This document shows positions 1-12,074 of a stretch of DNA of 64,000 nucleotides, piece by piece. Position 1 is the stretch's first letter; each line of letters begins with the position of its first letter. The translations under genes were made by a program, and so were the position numbers. Below the pieces are notes generated by a model. That model did not search any database. It was given only the letters and a program-made list of their open reading frames with translations, and had not been told where the DNA came from. Location of the stretch: NCBI RefSeq assembly GCF_006345805.1, contig NC_042998.1:19902001-19966000 (forward strand), in the 5' to 3' direction. The DNA comes from Octopus sinensis (lineage: Eukaryota).

Positions 1-142
1 TTTATTATGAAAAACTGTCACGGCTTTCCAAGAATCTTTGTCAAGATTATTTACCCTTCTTTCATTTCTGTTAGTTTTCAAGTTTAACTTTGTGATATTT
101 CTTTTACTTTGTTTTTACTCTACTTCATATACTTTATTATTT

Positions 143-2165
143 TTCAGGGGATTTCTTTTGATATTTTAGTTATGGTTTGGGGGGCTCTTTTTCAGATTTA
201 CAGAATACGATAATATTATTGTGGGGTTTTATGTCGTTTCGGGCTGATACTTCATGTGGCTTCTTATATTAAATTCAAATATGTGTATCAGATTTGTTTT
301 AAGACATTCAGACTTAAATGGTTTTCATTATGTTTAACTGAAGAAGGTTTTACGCTACGAGAATCAAACATGATTAATTTCGAGACCATATCAGCTAAAA
401 GATTTGATTGTGTGGAAAGCATTTCGTAGTAGGGTTGGTTTGGTTTAGACATTACCTCATGGAGGAGTTTCAATAATCTTAAATCACGCAAGTACTTCCC
501 TTAAATCACATTTATTGATTTCATTATCGGTTATATTTATCGTCACTTAGTTATACTGAATTATCGTTTGAGATATTCCCTTCGGGTAAGCATTTCATTT
601 TGGTTTTGTATATTTTCAGTTAGAGACGAAAGACCCATTTTTAGTAAAGCTGTATATTTCATTTGTAGTTTCCACGAACACATATTAAATCTACAAACGT
701 CAGCTTATTTCAATATCGTACTTTACCATACGCCTGGAGTTTATATCATGTGATGCCTTAATTTATTACCTGTTCGTTTCAGGGGATTTCTTTTGATATT
801 TTAGTTATGGTTTGGGGGGCTCTTTTTCAGATTTACAGAATACGATAATATTATTGTGGGGTTTTATGTCGTTTCGGGCTGATACTTCATGTGGCTTCTT
901 ATATTAAATTCAAATATGTGTATCAGATTTGTTTTAAGACATTCAGACTTAAATGGTTTTCATTATGTTTAACTGAAGAAGGTTTTACGCTACGAGAATC
1001 AAACATGATTAATTTCGAGACCATATCAGCTAAAAGATTTGATTGTGTGGAAAGCATTTCGTAGTAGGGTTGGTTTGGTTTAGACATTACCTCATGGAGG
1101 AGTTTCAATAATCTTAAATCACGCAAGTACTTCCCTTAAATCACATTATTGATTTCATTATCGGTTATATTTATCGTCACTTAGTTATACTGAATTATCG
1201 TTTGAGATATTCCCTTCGGGTAAGCATTTCATTTTGTTTTGTATATTTTCAGTTAGAGACGAAAGACCCATTTTTAGTAAAGCTGTATATTTCATTTGTA
1301 GTTTCCACGAACACATATTAAATCTACAAACGTCAGCTTATTTCAATATCGTACTTTACCATACGCCTGGAGTTTATATCATGTGATGCCTTAATTTATT
1401 ACCTGTTCGTTTCAGGGGATTTCTTGTGATATTTTAGTTAGGGTTTGGAGGGCTCTTTTTCAGATTTACAGAATACGATAATATTATTGTGGGGTTTTAT
1501 GTCGTTTCGGGCTGATACTTCATGTGGCTTCTTATATTAAATTCAAATATGTGTATCAGATTTGTTTTAAGACATTCAGACTTAAATGGTTTTCATTATG
1601 TTTAACTGAAGAAGGTTTTACGCTACGAGAATCAAACATGATTAATTTCGAGACCATATCAGCTAAAAGATTTGATTGTGTGGAAAGCATTTCGTAGTAG
1701 GGTTGGTTTGGTTTAGACATTACCTCATGGAGGAGTTTCAATAATCTTAAATCACGCAAGTACTTCCCTTAAATCACAGTTATTGATTTCATTATCGGTT
1801 ATATTTATCGTCACTTAGTTATACTGAATTATCGTTTGAGATATTCCCTTCGGGTAAGCATTTCATTTTGGTTTTGTATATTTTCGGTTAGAGACGAAAG
1901 ACCCATTTTTAGTAAAGCTGTTTATTTCATTTGTAGTTTCCACGAACACATATTAAATCTACAAACGTCAGCTTATTTCAATATCGTACTTTACCATACG
2001 CCTGGAGTTTATATCATGTGATGCCTTAATTTATTACCTGTTCGTTTCAGGGGATTTCTTGTGATATTTTAGTTAGGGTTTGGAGGGCTCTTTTTCAGAT
2101 TTACAGAATACGATAATATTATTGTGGGGTTTTATGTCGTTTCAGGGTGATACTGCATGTGGCTT
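143..2165. repeat. Tandem array of ~634-bp unit, 3 full copies plus a partial 4th
   Basis: Unit starting TTCAGGGGATTTC recurs at ~143, ~777, ~1410 and ~2045. The identical 67-aa minus ORF recurs at 288, 923 and 1556 (period 635/633). Near-identical copies. Confidence 0.95.
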
Positions 2166-2606
2166 CATATAGGTGGCTTGCATTTTGTAGGTTTGACTAA
2201 TTATTTTCTACATTTTATATATTTGGTATCATTTGTGTGATTCTGTTTCAATGATTTTATCGAATATTATAAATTTGCGCACATTCACAATTACATTTAA
2301 GCTTGTCTTGCATCGTTTTTAGATCCGTTTGTGTTGCAGTTTCAGAACAGGCTGAAACAGTTATTCGTATTACACTATCGCTACAGCATTCATTTCCTAT
2401 GTTAAAGCGACGTATATTGCTTTTAGCCATATGTATTATCATTTATTACTATTTAGTAAATTCCTTTGTTTTGCACAGTGTTAATCATTTGAAATTCGTT
2501 CACTTTCCTTTACGATGTTTCCGGTCTCATCTTACAATTGAAATAAAACAAACTTTTCTTTACCTCTGGAAATACTTTACACACACACACGTGTATGTGT
2601 GTGTAT

Positions 2607-2853
2607 ATGTGGTTAGGGCAGCGGACACGCGGTCGTAGGATCGCGGTTTCGATTCACAGACCGGGCGGCGTGAGTGTTTATTGACCGAAAACACCTAAAG
2701 CTCCACGAGACTCCGTCAGGGGGTGGTGGCGGTCCCTGCTGTACTCTTTCGCCGCAACTTTCTCTCACTCTTCTGTTTGCCTGCTCGCTTAGCCAGCGGG
2801 GTGGCGTCATTTTAAGGCTAAAACAACATCAGATAGCCTGGTCGGTCACGTGA
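2607..2853 (+). mobile_element. tRNA-derived SINE family A (5' slightly truncated), ending GGTCGGTCACGTGA + (TA)n
   Basis: tRNA-like head GTGGTTAGGGCAGCGGAC...GGTTTCGATTC; homologous to copies at 17444, 17903 and 59387. Confidence 0.8.
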
Positions 2854-3559
2854 TATATATATATATATACATACACATGATGCCATATATTTTCGCACTG
2901 AACTAGAAATGAAGATTTCATATAATTATTAATAAAACTGAATACAAAGTACGCCTACATTGTACTCTCCTTGTGATTGTCTTAGCACTATTGCTATTAT
3001 CAGGCCTTTATTTGGCGTGAGAACAGTTTTAGCATATGCTTTGAAACCTTGCTCCTTGAATGATACAGTAGCATCTATATTTGGGGCCCAGAGTCGATTG
3101 TCATTTATCGGTTGAGTGACATCACTTTCTAGACTTATTAAATATTCATCCTCTCTCTGCTTCTGCGCATTTTCGCATTTCAGACATAAGGATAGCGGAT
3201 ACACTGAGATGCGTTACACTCAAACATGGACACGCTATTGCCCATATACAGACATGCCAATACATTGTGTATTATGATAAGATTCACACCAAGCAGGAAA
3301 TAAAAAATCACTTCGGGAAGTTCGGACTTCTGATTAGGCACATGGAAATGAAAGTATATTTTGGGTGGTTTCATCTAAATTGCATGAAGAGCGTCCCATT
3401 CAGATTCCGATGAGAAAAAGAGATATAAGTCAGAGATGTATTTGATTAGTCTCTTGACTAAATGATCTGAAAGAAAGATATCACTAAAAGAGTGAGCAGC
3501 AAAAGTTGAACACTTCAAGAAATTTGATGCTATATTATTGTTATATAATCATTGTTCTA

Positions 3560-3793
3560 TCTTATTTCTTTAATGCCCACAAGGGGCTACACACAGAGGG
3601 GACAAACAAGGACAAACAAACGGATTAAGTCGATTATATCGACCCCAGTGCGTAACTGGTACTTATTTAATCGACTCCGGAAGGATGAAAGGCGAAGTCG
3701 ACCTCGGCGGAATTTGAACTCAGAACATAGTGGCAGACGAAATACTGCTAAGCGTTTCGCCCGGCGGGCTAACGTTTCTGCCAGCTCGCCGCC
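3560..3793 (-). mobile_element. tRNA-derived SINE family B
   Basis: Reverse complement of GGCGGCGAGCTGGCAGAAACGTTAGC...GAGTTCAAATTCCGCCGAGGTCGAC...CATCCTTCCGGAGTCGAT; many copies in this window. Confidence 0.85.
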
Positions 3794-4146
3794 GTATTGT
3801 TATATCTTGTCACTTGAATTATAAGCGATGGCTGATATAACCCCGGTTTGCTTGCAAGCGGTAGAAGAGGGATAATTAAGGAAGATGTTCTGTGTGGTAC
3901 TAAAGACATATCGGACGAATACTTGGAATAGTTAGTTTCGATGTGCAACCTTTATTTGAGTTCATAGAATTTACAAAGGTCTTGGAATGATGAGCTTAGA
4001 TATGGGACATTTGTCAAAGTCATGTTTTATGTGAAAATCTGTTTAATTGAAACCAGAAGGGAAAACTGATAATTAATTAGCTTGTAATGTGACACGAGAA
4101 TTTCACAATTTCTTGCTTCCAATAAATATTTGATTACTAAGAAGTA

Positions 4147-4712
4147 TTGGGTTGTCCAGAATGTTCGTGCCGATTTATAGTAGCTTACCTTTCGACTCAT
4201 TTTAGAAGATGGTTGAGTCCATAAAATAGGATTTGACTACACCTCCATTTAGAGCACAGTGTAAGCTATCTTTTCGTGGAAGACGTTTTATGCTCCTATA
4301 ACATGTGTTAATTCTGTAACCCTTTAAAATGGAAGATAGGAAAGTTCATTTTCGGCACTTGATTTTTTGGGAACCAGACAAAAATTACTGCAGCTCGGCT
4401 GGGATGTGTTACCCCACCCTCCATATTCACAAGATATTGCTCCTTCGGATTTTCACTTATTCAGGTCTCTGCAGAATAGTCTTAATGGTAAAAATTTCAA
4501 TTCCGTGGATGACGTAAAAAGATACCTTGATGAATTATTTGCTATGAAACCACCTCGATCCTGGGAAGAGGGTATTTTCAAGCTAAAGGAAAGATGGAGA
4601 GGCATTGTGCAACAAAATGGTTCATATTTGGTTGATTAAAAATATAATGGTAAGTATTTATTGACTTTTTTCTTTCCTTTAAAAATCGGCACGAACTTTC
4701 CGGACAACCCAA
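4147..4712 (+). mobile_element. Mariner (Tc1/mariner) non-autonomous internal-deletion derivative
   Basis: ~30-bp TIRs TTGGGTTGTCCAGAATGTTCGTGCCGATTT / AAATCGGCACGAACTTTCCGGACAACCCAA. TA on the left, CA (mutated TA) on the right. Transposase N-terminus MEDRKVHFRHL is fused at ~4372 to the C-terminus LGWDVLPHPPYSQDIAPSDFHLF...GSYLVD (YSPDxAPSD motif). Confidence 0.95.
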
Positions 4713-5604
4713 CATTTTTTACGTTTTCTAAGAAAAATATGCTCGAGTATATTGCTCTCAATACATGAATACTGGTAACAGTTTTTCATGCATACGTGTC
4801 CATCGCATAACTTTCTTAATTGTATTGTTGCCGTTTCATGCTACTACCACTTTTTAGGTGCTTCTCGTTCTGGTGCTAGAGACGAGGGTAAGGTCAAGAG
4901 TTTTAGTTCTTGCGGTAATGGCTGTTGGTAGTAACAGTGACGCAGATGGTACCTTCTTCGTTTTGCCTCTGTAAGTTGCTTCCCCCAGAGATAGCGTAGA
5001 CGGGAACCAAAAAAACGCAATCACGGAATCTACACAACATACTTTACGTCAAACGTATTTCATGAATACATCTAAATTTCAAAATTCTAGAATCAGAATT
5101 TTCTAATGGACATGAAAGTAAGAAAAATTCTTTGTCAGTTAAATTTCTATTTGCAGCTTGTATTCATTACAAAGGGTTGCAATACAGGCTGTGGAGAAAA
5201 AAAAACTACACATAAAAATTTATCATCCAGTTGAAATTTTCAAAGCATATAAGCTGATTTGGTATTGAAGCCATATTAATACGAACCAAAATTGAAAATT
5301 TAGCATCAGCAGCAAAGAGCAAACGTAAATAGAATATGAAGCCACCAGGAGTTCTATGTTAAGTAACATCAAATTGATTGATAGCAATTTTATTATTCAT
5401 CCGCAGGATCGCTTTACTACTTACTTCAAACGGGCAGTAGGAATTTTGTTATCATGATGTCATTAGGAAGATGTGAGAGTGAAGTGCTTGAAACGTTAAT
5501 GGAGATTGGACAGTTATAGTTCCACAGAGCTAATAAAAAAAAATATGAAACAGTATTATTTTTATTATTTGGCTGGAACACGACACTCATATATGTATAT
5601 GCGT

Positions 5605-5748
5605 GTGAGGGTATAGATAGATAGATAGATGGAAAGAGAGAGAGAGAGAGAGAGCGAAATAGACAGAGATATAGAGAGATGGATAAACAGATGGACAAAC
5701 AGACAGAGATAGACAGAGAGATATAGAGAGAGACAGATAGAGATAGAT

Positions 5749-5819
<71 letters not shown>

Positions 5820-5960
5820 GAGTTGAAGAGAGACAGACAGACAGATAGACAAAAGGATGGACATAATGACAGATAGATAGTCAAACAGACAGACGGACTG
5901 ACACATGGGTAGATACTTACATACATGCATACATAAATAGATAGAAAGTAAGAAAGTGAG
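5605..5960. repeat. Compound (GATA)n/(GA)n/(GACA)n microsatellite
   Basis: Direct inspection; pure GATA run at ~5755-5818. Confidence 0.95.
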
Positions 5961-7011
5961 TGAGAGAGAGAAAGAGAGAGCGAGGCAGATGTATAAATGG
6001 CATGAAAGACAAGCAGAGAAGCAGATGGACAGAGATATGACTCCATTGATGTGGTAATAGCGAAAGTCTATTACAACGTTTTTCCAAACACGATATACAC
6101 AGACATATGATTGACTTCGCCAAATCTATTATTTTACAACCCGGTGAAGCGTTAAGAATTGTGTTCGTAAGCTAATAATATCTGTGAAGTTCAATGGTGA
6201 TTTTAATGACGTAAAGAAGATGCATCCTAAAGAGATATAATAATTAGACCAATTAATATTTGTCATTTATCTTAAAGCTAGTTTGTCTTTCTTTTCTTGT
6301 TTTTTTTATATATTTGTCAAGACTCATAAGAAGACAAATAAACGATTTTCTGGTAATTACTTTGATTTTAGGCGATCTAATTACACCTCTATGTAATATC
6401 ACTAATATTCATTTTGCAAATGTTTCCTAGAGAGACTAATTAATTATTCGCATTAAGCTTGGTTCAATTTTACTCGTAATTGGTGAAAAAATGCATTTGT
6501 TAATTTTTCTGTTTTGTGCAGATATATTTTTCCGTTATATATTTTTCCGTTCATATTTACGAAATATTTGATTGACAGTTATGTCTACTACATATGATTT
6601 GCCATTTTAAAAAGTATCTCTACAAAGAACTAAATCGATATTTTTTTTTTTTACTCTATTATGTTAATGGAATATATCTGTGAAAGCGACAGTCGTTTAC
6701 AGATTTTCTCATAACAATCGTAGGATCTTTACCTTTTGACCGGCAGATTTTAAAAATATTTTTTTGTAACTAAACGCTTTAAAACTTCTTATACTTGTAG
6801 AATGTCACATAAAACATCTTTTACTCTTGGCGTTGTTGAGAAAATTCTGTATTTCGGAAGTTATTTCTTGTTAAATATTTTTGTAAAATTATTTCGGTAA
6901 TTTCAACCAATCAAAAGGTAAAGATCCCAATCGTAATAGTTACTAATAAATCTGTAACCCAATCCTGCTTTTGGGTGACAATTTTCATTTCCACTTGACG
7001 ATATTTAAATA

Positions 7012-7123
7012 CAGTAATCCCTCGACTATCGCGGGTGTTACGTTCCCAAATCCCCCGCGATAGGTGAAAATCCGCGAAGTAGAAACAGTACTGTACTGTA
7101 TATCTTTTTATTTTATTTTCATA

Positions 7124-7165
<42 letters not shown>

Positions 7166-7255
7166 TATAAATGCAAAGGAACACCACAGAGGAATATGCG
7201 TAAGCTTAAATAATAAACCGCGATAGGTGAACCGCGATATGGCGAGTGATTACTT
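7012..7255. mobile_element. Tigger/pogo-like MITE
   Basis: TA|CAGTAATCCCTCGACTATCGCGG ... CCGCGATATGGCGAGTGATTACTT|TA terminal inverted repeats. A second partial copy at 29665-29771 ends GGGATTACTG|TA. Confidence 0.75.
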
Positions 7256-7454
7256 TACTCGGTAATATATCGATTCTGTTTCAATAAAATAAATCCTGCC
7301 AATAAACGAAAACTCATAACAGTTGCATATTAAAGGACAATGATATGCTGGCCGCCTTGACATAAAACTTCATAATGTCTAAGTAATGTCAATGTATATA
7401 GACGTTTATACCTTTGGAAGATTGTAGTTTAAGTATAACGATTCCTGTAAATAA

Positions 7455-7612
7455 TCTTCTCTACTCTAGGCACAAGGCCCGAAATTTTGGGGGAGGAGGA
7501 CAGTCGATTAGAGCAACTCCAATCCGCTGCTGGTACATAATCTATCGACCCCGAAAGGAAGAAAGGCGAAAATTCGATCTCGACGGAATTTGAACCCAGA
7601 ACGTAAAGGATC
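7455..7612 (-). mobile_element. SINE family B, 5'-truncated, alternative 3' end (CGGGCCTTGTGCCTAGAGTAG)
   Basis: Homology to other family B copies (50343, 51145, 57178). Confidence 0.7.
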
Positions 7613-7679
7613 CCTGTAAATGATGGCAAGTATATTTTCACACGAGGACGTAGATATATATTATCATTTACCACCTACC

Positions 7680-8046
7680 TTTTACCTGTTTCAAGTATTA
7701 GACTGCAGCTCTGCTGTGGTACCGCCTGGGAGAATCTTATTCGAATCTATCGACTCCAGTACTTATTTATTTTTTAAGGCCTCGTATTTATTTTATCCGT
7801 CTTTGGTCGAAATGCTGGGTTACAGGAACGTAATCACCAGCACGTTTTAGATAAGTTTTTGTGAGTACAAGTAGACACACTCATATATATATGTATATAT
7901 ATATATATATATATACAACAGGCTTCTATCAGTTTCTGTCTAGCAAATCCATCACAAGGCTTTGGTTGGCCCGTGGCTATAGTAGAAGACACACGCCAAA
8001 TGTGTGATGCGGTGCTGCTGAACCTCGAACCGTGTGTCGGGAAGCA
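7680..8046 (-). mobile_element. Degenerate composite SINE family E
   Basis: Diverged match to copies at 13495, 28061 and 29256. Confidence 0.65.
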
Positions 8047-8639
8047 TGTATTAATGGAATAAAGTGTATTTTAGCAAATGTTAGAACATTTAATTACGCC
8101 GTCCATATTATTTATATTGTGATATCAAAATTCTCCTGAGAAATACCTTGAATTATGTTCATTTAGTCATATAAAATTCAGCGAACCGGATACAAGGGTG
8201 GGCGTGGAATTAGATTCAATGATTATTAATTTAAACTATAAATTTGTGAATATGACATAAATTATATCTAATTAAATTGTTGGACGCTTAGTTTTCACTG
8301 ATACTTATGTTTCCTTAAATAAATAAGTAGCAATCATACAGATAACATACGTCAATTTGTCACGTATCATGAGATTTCAAAACAATTAAAACTCAGGTAT
8401 ATAAATATGCTTTACGATCTCTCTATGTTCTAACGCATATTACGCGTGATAAGGACGCCATGAGATTAATTTAAAATGATCATATTTCTTTTTTATATTG
8501 AAATATAAAATATAGGAATGGATAATTTATTTCACTTTAATATTTTTTGTTTAATCTGTTCTTATCTGAACAAGGAGAGACAGATGAATTTACACACACA
8601 CACATACACAAACACACACACAAATACACACACACACAC

Positions 8640-9035
8640 ATTCTCTTTGACCAAGTACAAACCGGAAGATCAAGTGGAAGGTCTCTCTTGCGTTTCAATG
8701 GCAAACTAAAAAATAATATGAAACGATGCAACTTTACTGTTTCTTCTTGAAAAAAACAAAGCATGAGAACGCAGGACCTGGTACGAGTCCTGCTTTCCAG
8801 TTAAAAAATTTGAGCAAAATCTACTCCAGCACTGGGACCAGTTTCGTGCAAGCGTGAAGACACGCTAGCAAAATACTTCCTATCATTGTGGTTTTGTGGC
8901 ACGAAGCAAAGCAGGCCTAGCCGTCCACTCCAGAAAACACATAAGCACTCAAGCAAACTCAGTCCTTTTTGCCAAAAGGTTTGCAAGGCACCAGCAGGCC
9001 TCAAGATACACATTCATGTCTATAGAACGTTACCA
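8640..9035 (+). mobile_element. Decayed RTE-type LINE ORF2 C-terminus
   Basis: Frameshifted translation GRSLLRFNGKLKNNMKRC...YHCGF...RSKAGLAVHSRKH...PFCQKVCKAPAGLKIHIH. This resembles the RTE C-terminal GRxxLRxKD motif plus C2H2-like fingers. Confidence 0.6.
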
Positions 9036-9076
9036 GTGCTTTATTTTACGAAACTCTCATTTGTCATTTAGGACAA

Positions 9077-9219
9077 GGCCATTGCCTCTAGCTAGCAATG
9101 TGACACACGAACCTGTGTACACTATAACCTTCGAACAGGGGAGGTCAGCCGCTTTCCCTGTTCGAAGGTTATAATGGATACAGGTTCGTGTGTCACATAG
9201 CTAGCTAGAGGCGATGACC
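9077..9219. repeat. Fold-back inverted repeat, ~65-bp arms, ~13-nt loop
   Basis: GGCCATTGCCTCTAGCTAGC.ATGTGACACACGAACCTGT...AACCTTCGAACAGGG paired with its reverse complement. Followed by a ~110-bp tail and (TA)n. Confidence 0.9.
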
Positions 9220-9332
9220 TCTTGGAGCTAATCAACGGGCAGCATTCGTCCTATTTTCCTGGATCACCATGCCAGTTTGGCAATAACTATCAATATCCAG
9301 TACCGCTGCTGTAGTCTCCTTCAGAAATATTA

Positions 9333-9468
<136 letters not shown>

Positions 9469-9492
9469 TATATATATGTATGTATGTATGTG

Positions 9493-9524
<32 letters not shown>

Positions 9525-9530
9525 ATTATT

Positions 9531-10140
9531 TTATATAATAAGGGTTCAGTAAAAAATTTACTTTACCACACACCGAACTTTTAGAAATAGCAGCCAAAGA
9601 ATTTAGCTATATCCCCTACTATAAAAAAAAGTTCCCAGACAATGTATACTCAAAAACAATTCATGTAGGCATAGAGGGAAAAATAACGAAAGATCACTCG
9701 TCTGAGGTTACTCAAATCAGACGGGTATGTTCGATTTTTAGTGCTCTCAAATTTAAATTTAACGAAATCTTGGGCTGATGATAGGAATGTTGGAATAGGT
9801 ATGTATTTCTAGCATCTCTATATCTAACTAACCCAGAAACGCGTTCTCAAGTAATCGATTTTCGAGTGATCTTTCGTTATTTTTGCCTCTATGCCTATAT
9901 GAATTGTTTTTGAGTATACATTGTCCGGGAAACATTGTTTATAGTAGGGGATATAGCTAAATTTTTTGGCTGCTATTTCTAAAAGTTAGGTGTGTGGTAA
10001 AGTAAATTTTTTACTGAACCCTTATTATATAAAGTAATGTTTAAATTTACCATAAATGGTCCTTTTACATACTGAACACTGCTTGGTAAAATTATTAATT
10101 ACTAATTAATTAATTTTACCCTTATTAATATTGACTATAT
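9531..10140 (+). mobile_element. PLE pLTR-like non-autonomous element: ~170-bp inverted arms (9531-9700 / 9863-10032), central hammerhead, tail to (TA)n
   Basis: Arms are reverse-complementary by eye. The tail 10032-10140 matches relatives at 56212-56320 and 56365-56480. Confidence 0.7.
9769..9851 (+). ncRNA. Type-I hammerhead ribozyme motif with extended stem II
   Basis: CUUGGG-CUGAUGA-[long imperfect hairpin]-GAAAC GC GUU-CUCAAG. Stem I CUUGGG/CUCAAG gives 6 bp; palindromic stem III AACGCGUU; predicted cleavage after 9845. Confidence 0.8.
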
Positions 10141-11770
10141 ATATATATGTGTGTGTATGTATGTATGTATATATATATATATATACATATATGTATGAAT
10201 GTATGTATGTATATATATATATATATATGATGAAGATTAAATTAAATACACCGGAACAGATCTACAAAATTTTTTGTTTCTTCTGTTTTTACAATGCAAT
10301 ATTAATAAGTACCGAAATTTTATGCAAAACAACTTATCCATATGCGATATTCGTATAGTTGATATTTTTCTCTGAAACTTATAAACATTCGCCAGAATCG
10401 ATGCGCTTTGAATTCTGTACATTGAGAGACAAAAGGTAATTCCACTGTCGTGTGTAGCCCTTTGTAGATAGATTTAATGTGGAACGTTTAGTCGCAGACA
10501 TCACTTTGGGTTTCATTATTTAAGGACGGGTGATGCGTTAGAATACTAATTTTGAAGCTAAAGTAACATCGGTGCAAGAATTCATTGATTGCCAAAGCGA
10601 ATATTTCACAGTTTTATGAATTACAAAAACAGTGAATTTCCTTGAGAAGTTTTCTTTAATTCATGAATTTCGTGATTTCATAACATGGAAAAATTTGTAA
10701 ATATTCATGAGTGGAGGAGTGACTGCCCGTTGATTATGAAATTTTTAAAAAAAAATAGAGAACTAAACACGATATTATTGATTATATGTTAATACGAATA
10801 AGTTATGTGATGCGAATATTGATTAAAGCATGATATCTTGGGAGTCTGATTTTGAATGGGTATCGAAATTAGGAAAAACAGAAAAAAAGTAGTGCCTTTT
10901 TAGTTGCAGGTTTCCAAGTAACCGATCAATGTTCAACGGCATTCTTGGCCGTGATAGAAAGATGAGCCCACATAAAAATGATGTAATTTAGGTCTTTCTA
11001 TTCGAGGATAAAATACAAAGCTCTATATTCACGGATGTTTACAGCATCAACATTATATTCCTCATCAACACTATATTCCACATCAGCGTAGAATATACAT
11101 ACGCATATATTTACATACACGCGCGCGTAGAATAAAGTAAGTGAGTCAACTTAAATATAGTTTTAAAGCGAAAATGACAACTATGATATGTTTTTCCCAT
11201 TTAAAGGCAATGCAAAAGCATAAAAATCGACATTGTGTCCATACAGTTATAATTCAGATCCCGCAATATAAAGAATATACTTACTCTGCTGTGATTGGTA
11301 GATGTACTTTCTTTCAGGAGTCCAAGTCGTGTTCATAACTTCACTTTCTTACTTATTAATTATTTTAAAGAAATTTTTCCTCGGAGAAATATACTCGCCG
11401 GTTGGCTCTTATGTATTAAACGCGATTACTTATATATATATGGTTTTCTTTTCACTGTATTTGCATATATGTATACACACTCACACACACTCACATATAT
11501 ACAATATATATATATATCGTCCAACCCATGCCAGCATGGAAAACGGACTTTAAACGCTGATGATGATGATAACGATATATATATTTATATATATATATAT
11601 ATAGAAGATAAGTCGATATATATTAAACCTCAGTTTTACCTTTAAATTACCTAATACCATATACATTAAAACTAGGACTATACATAGTGAAGTATTACAC
11701 CAGGAGTGCCTACGGATAAGTCTATCCTTTATATGGTTACATACACTCTAACTTATATCTTGCTTAACAT

Positions 11771-11928
11771 ATATATACATTACGGAGATGTACTTGCATA
11801 GCAAGTGACCTGATCGTGTGCTGGAACGAAAACAATTGCAGCGTGGAAGGTGTTTATAAGCCATCTAAGAAAAAACACAAAAAACGTTAGATTCACTTCA
11901 ACATTTAAATTTAATTTGTCACAATATT
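11771..11928 (-). mobile_element. 5'-truncated copy of the G3-C8 hammerhead element family (3' tail part)
   Basis: Matches the tail and arm of the elements at 54494-54830 and 55315-55563; abuts (TA)n. Confidence 0.8.
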
Positions 11929-12074
11929 CCATGCTACAGCTACCGCTATAACATCATGTTTACTAGAACATTCTTAAGTTATATAAAGTATATTATATCA
12001 CTTAGAATATTAGTAAGTATACCAATTTTCGATAAGTATATTTGCATGAATAAATATGCATTAATGTTGATTAA

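Noticed and set aside
330-372. CTGAAGA...GAGAATC-AAACAT in the 634-bp unit as a hammerhead
   Set aside because: GAAA is absent, stem II is weak and stem III is missing; likely chance.
288-491. 67-aa ORF repeated three times
   Set aside because: It repeats only because it lies in the tandem array; no recognisable motif, no ATG start in the sequence (TTG/alt start), and surrounded by stops.
2929-3374. Minus-strand ORFs of 91 and 64 aa in a moderately GC-rich patch
   Set aside because: No motif I can recognise; could be a decayed transposon but cannot be supported.
5426-6123. 206-aa and overlapping ORFs (IYLS repeats)
   Set aside because: Translations of (GATA)n/(GA)n microsatellite.
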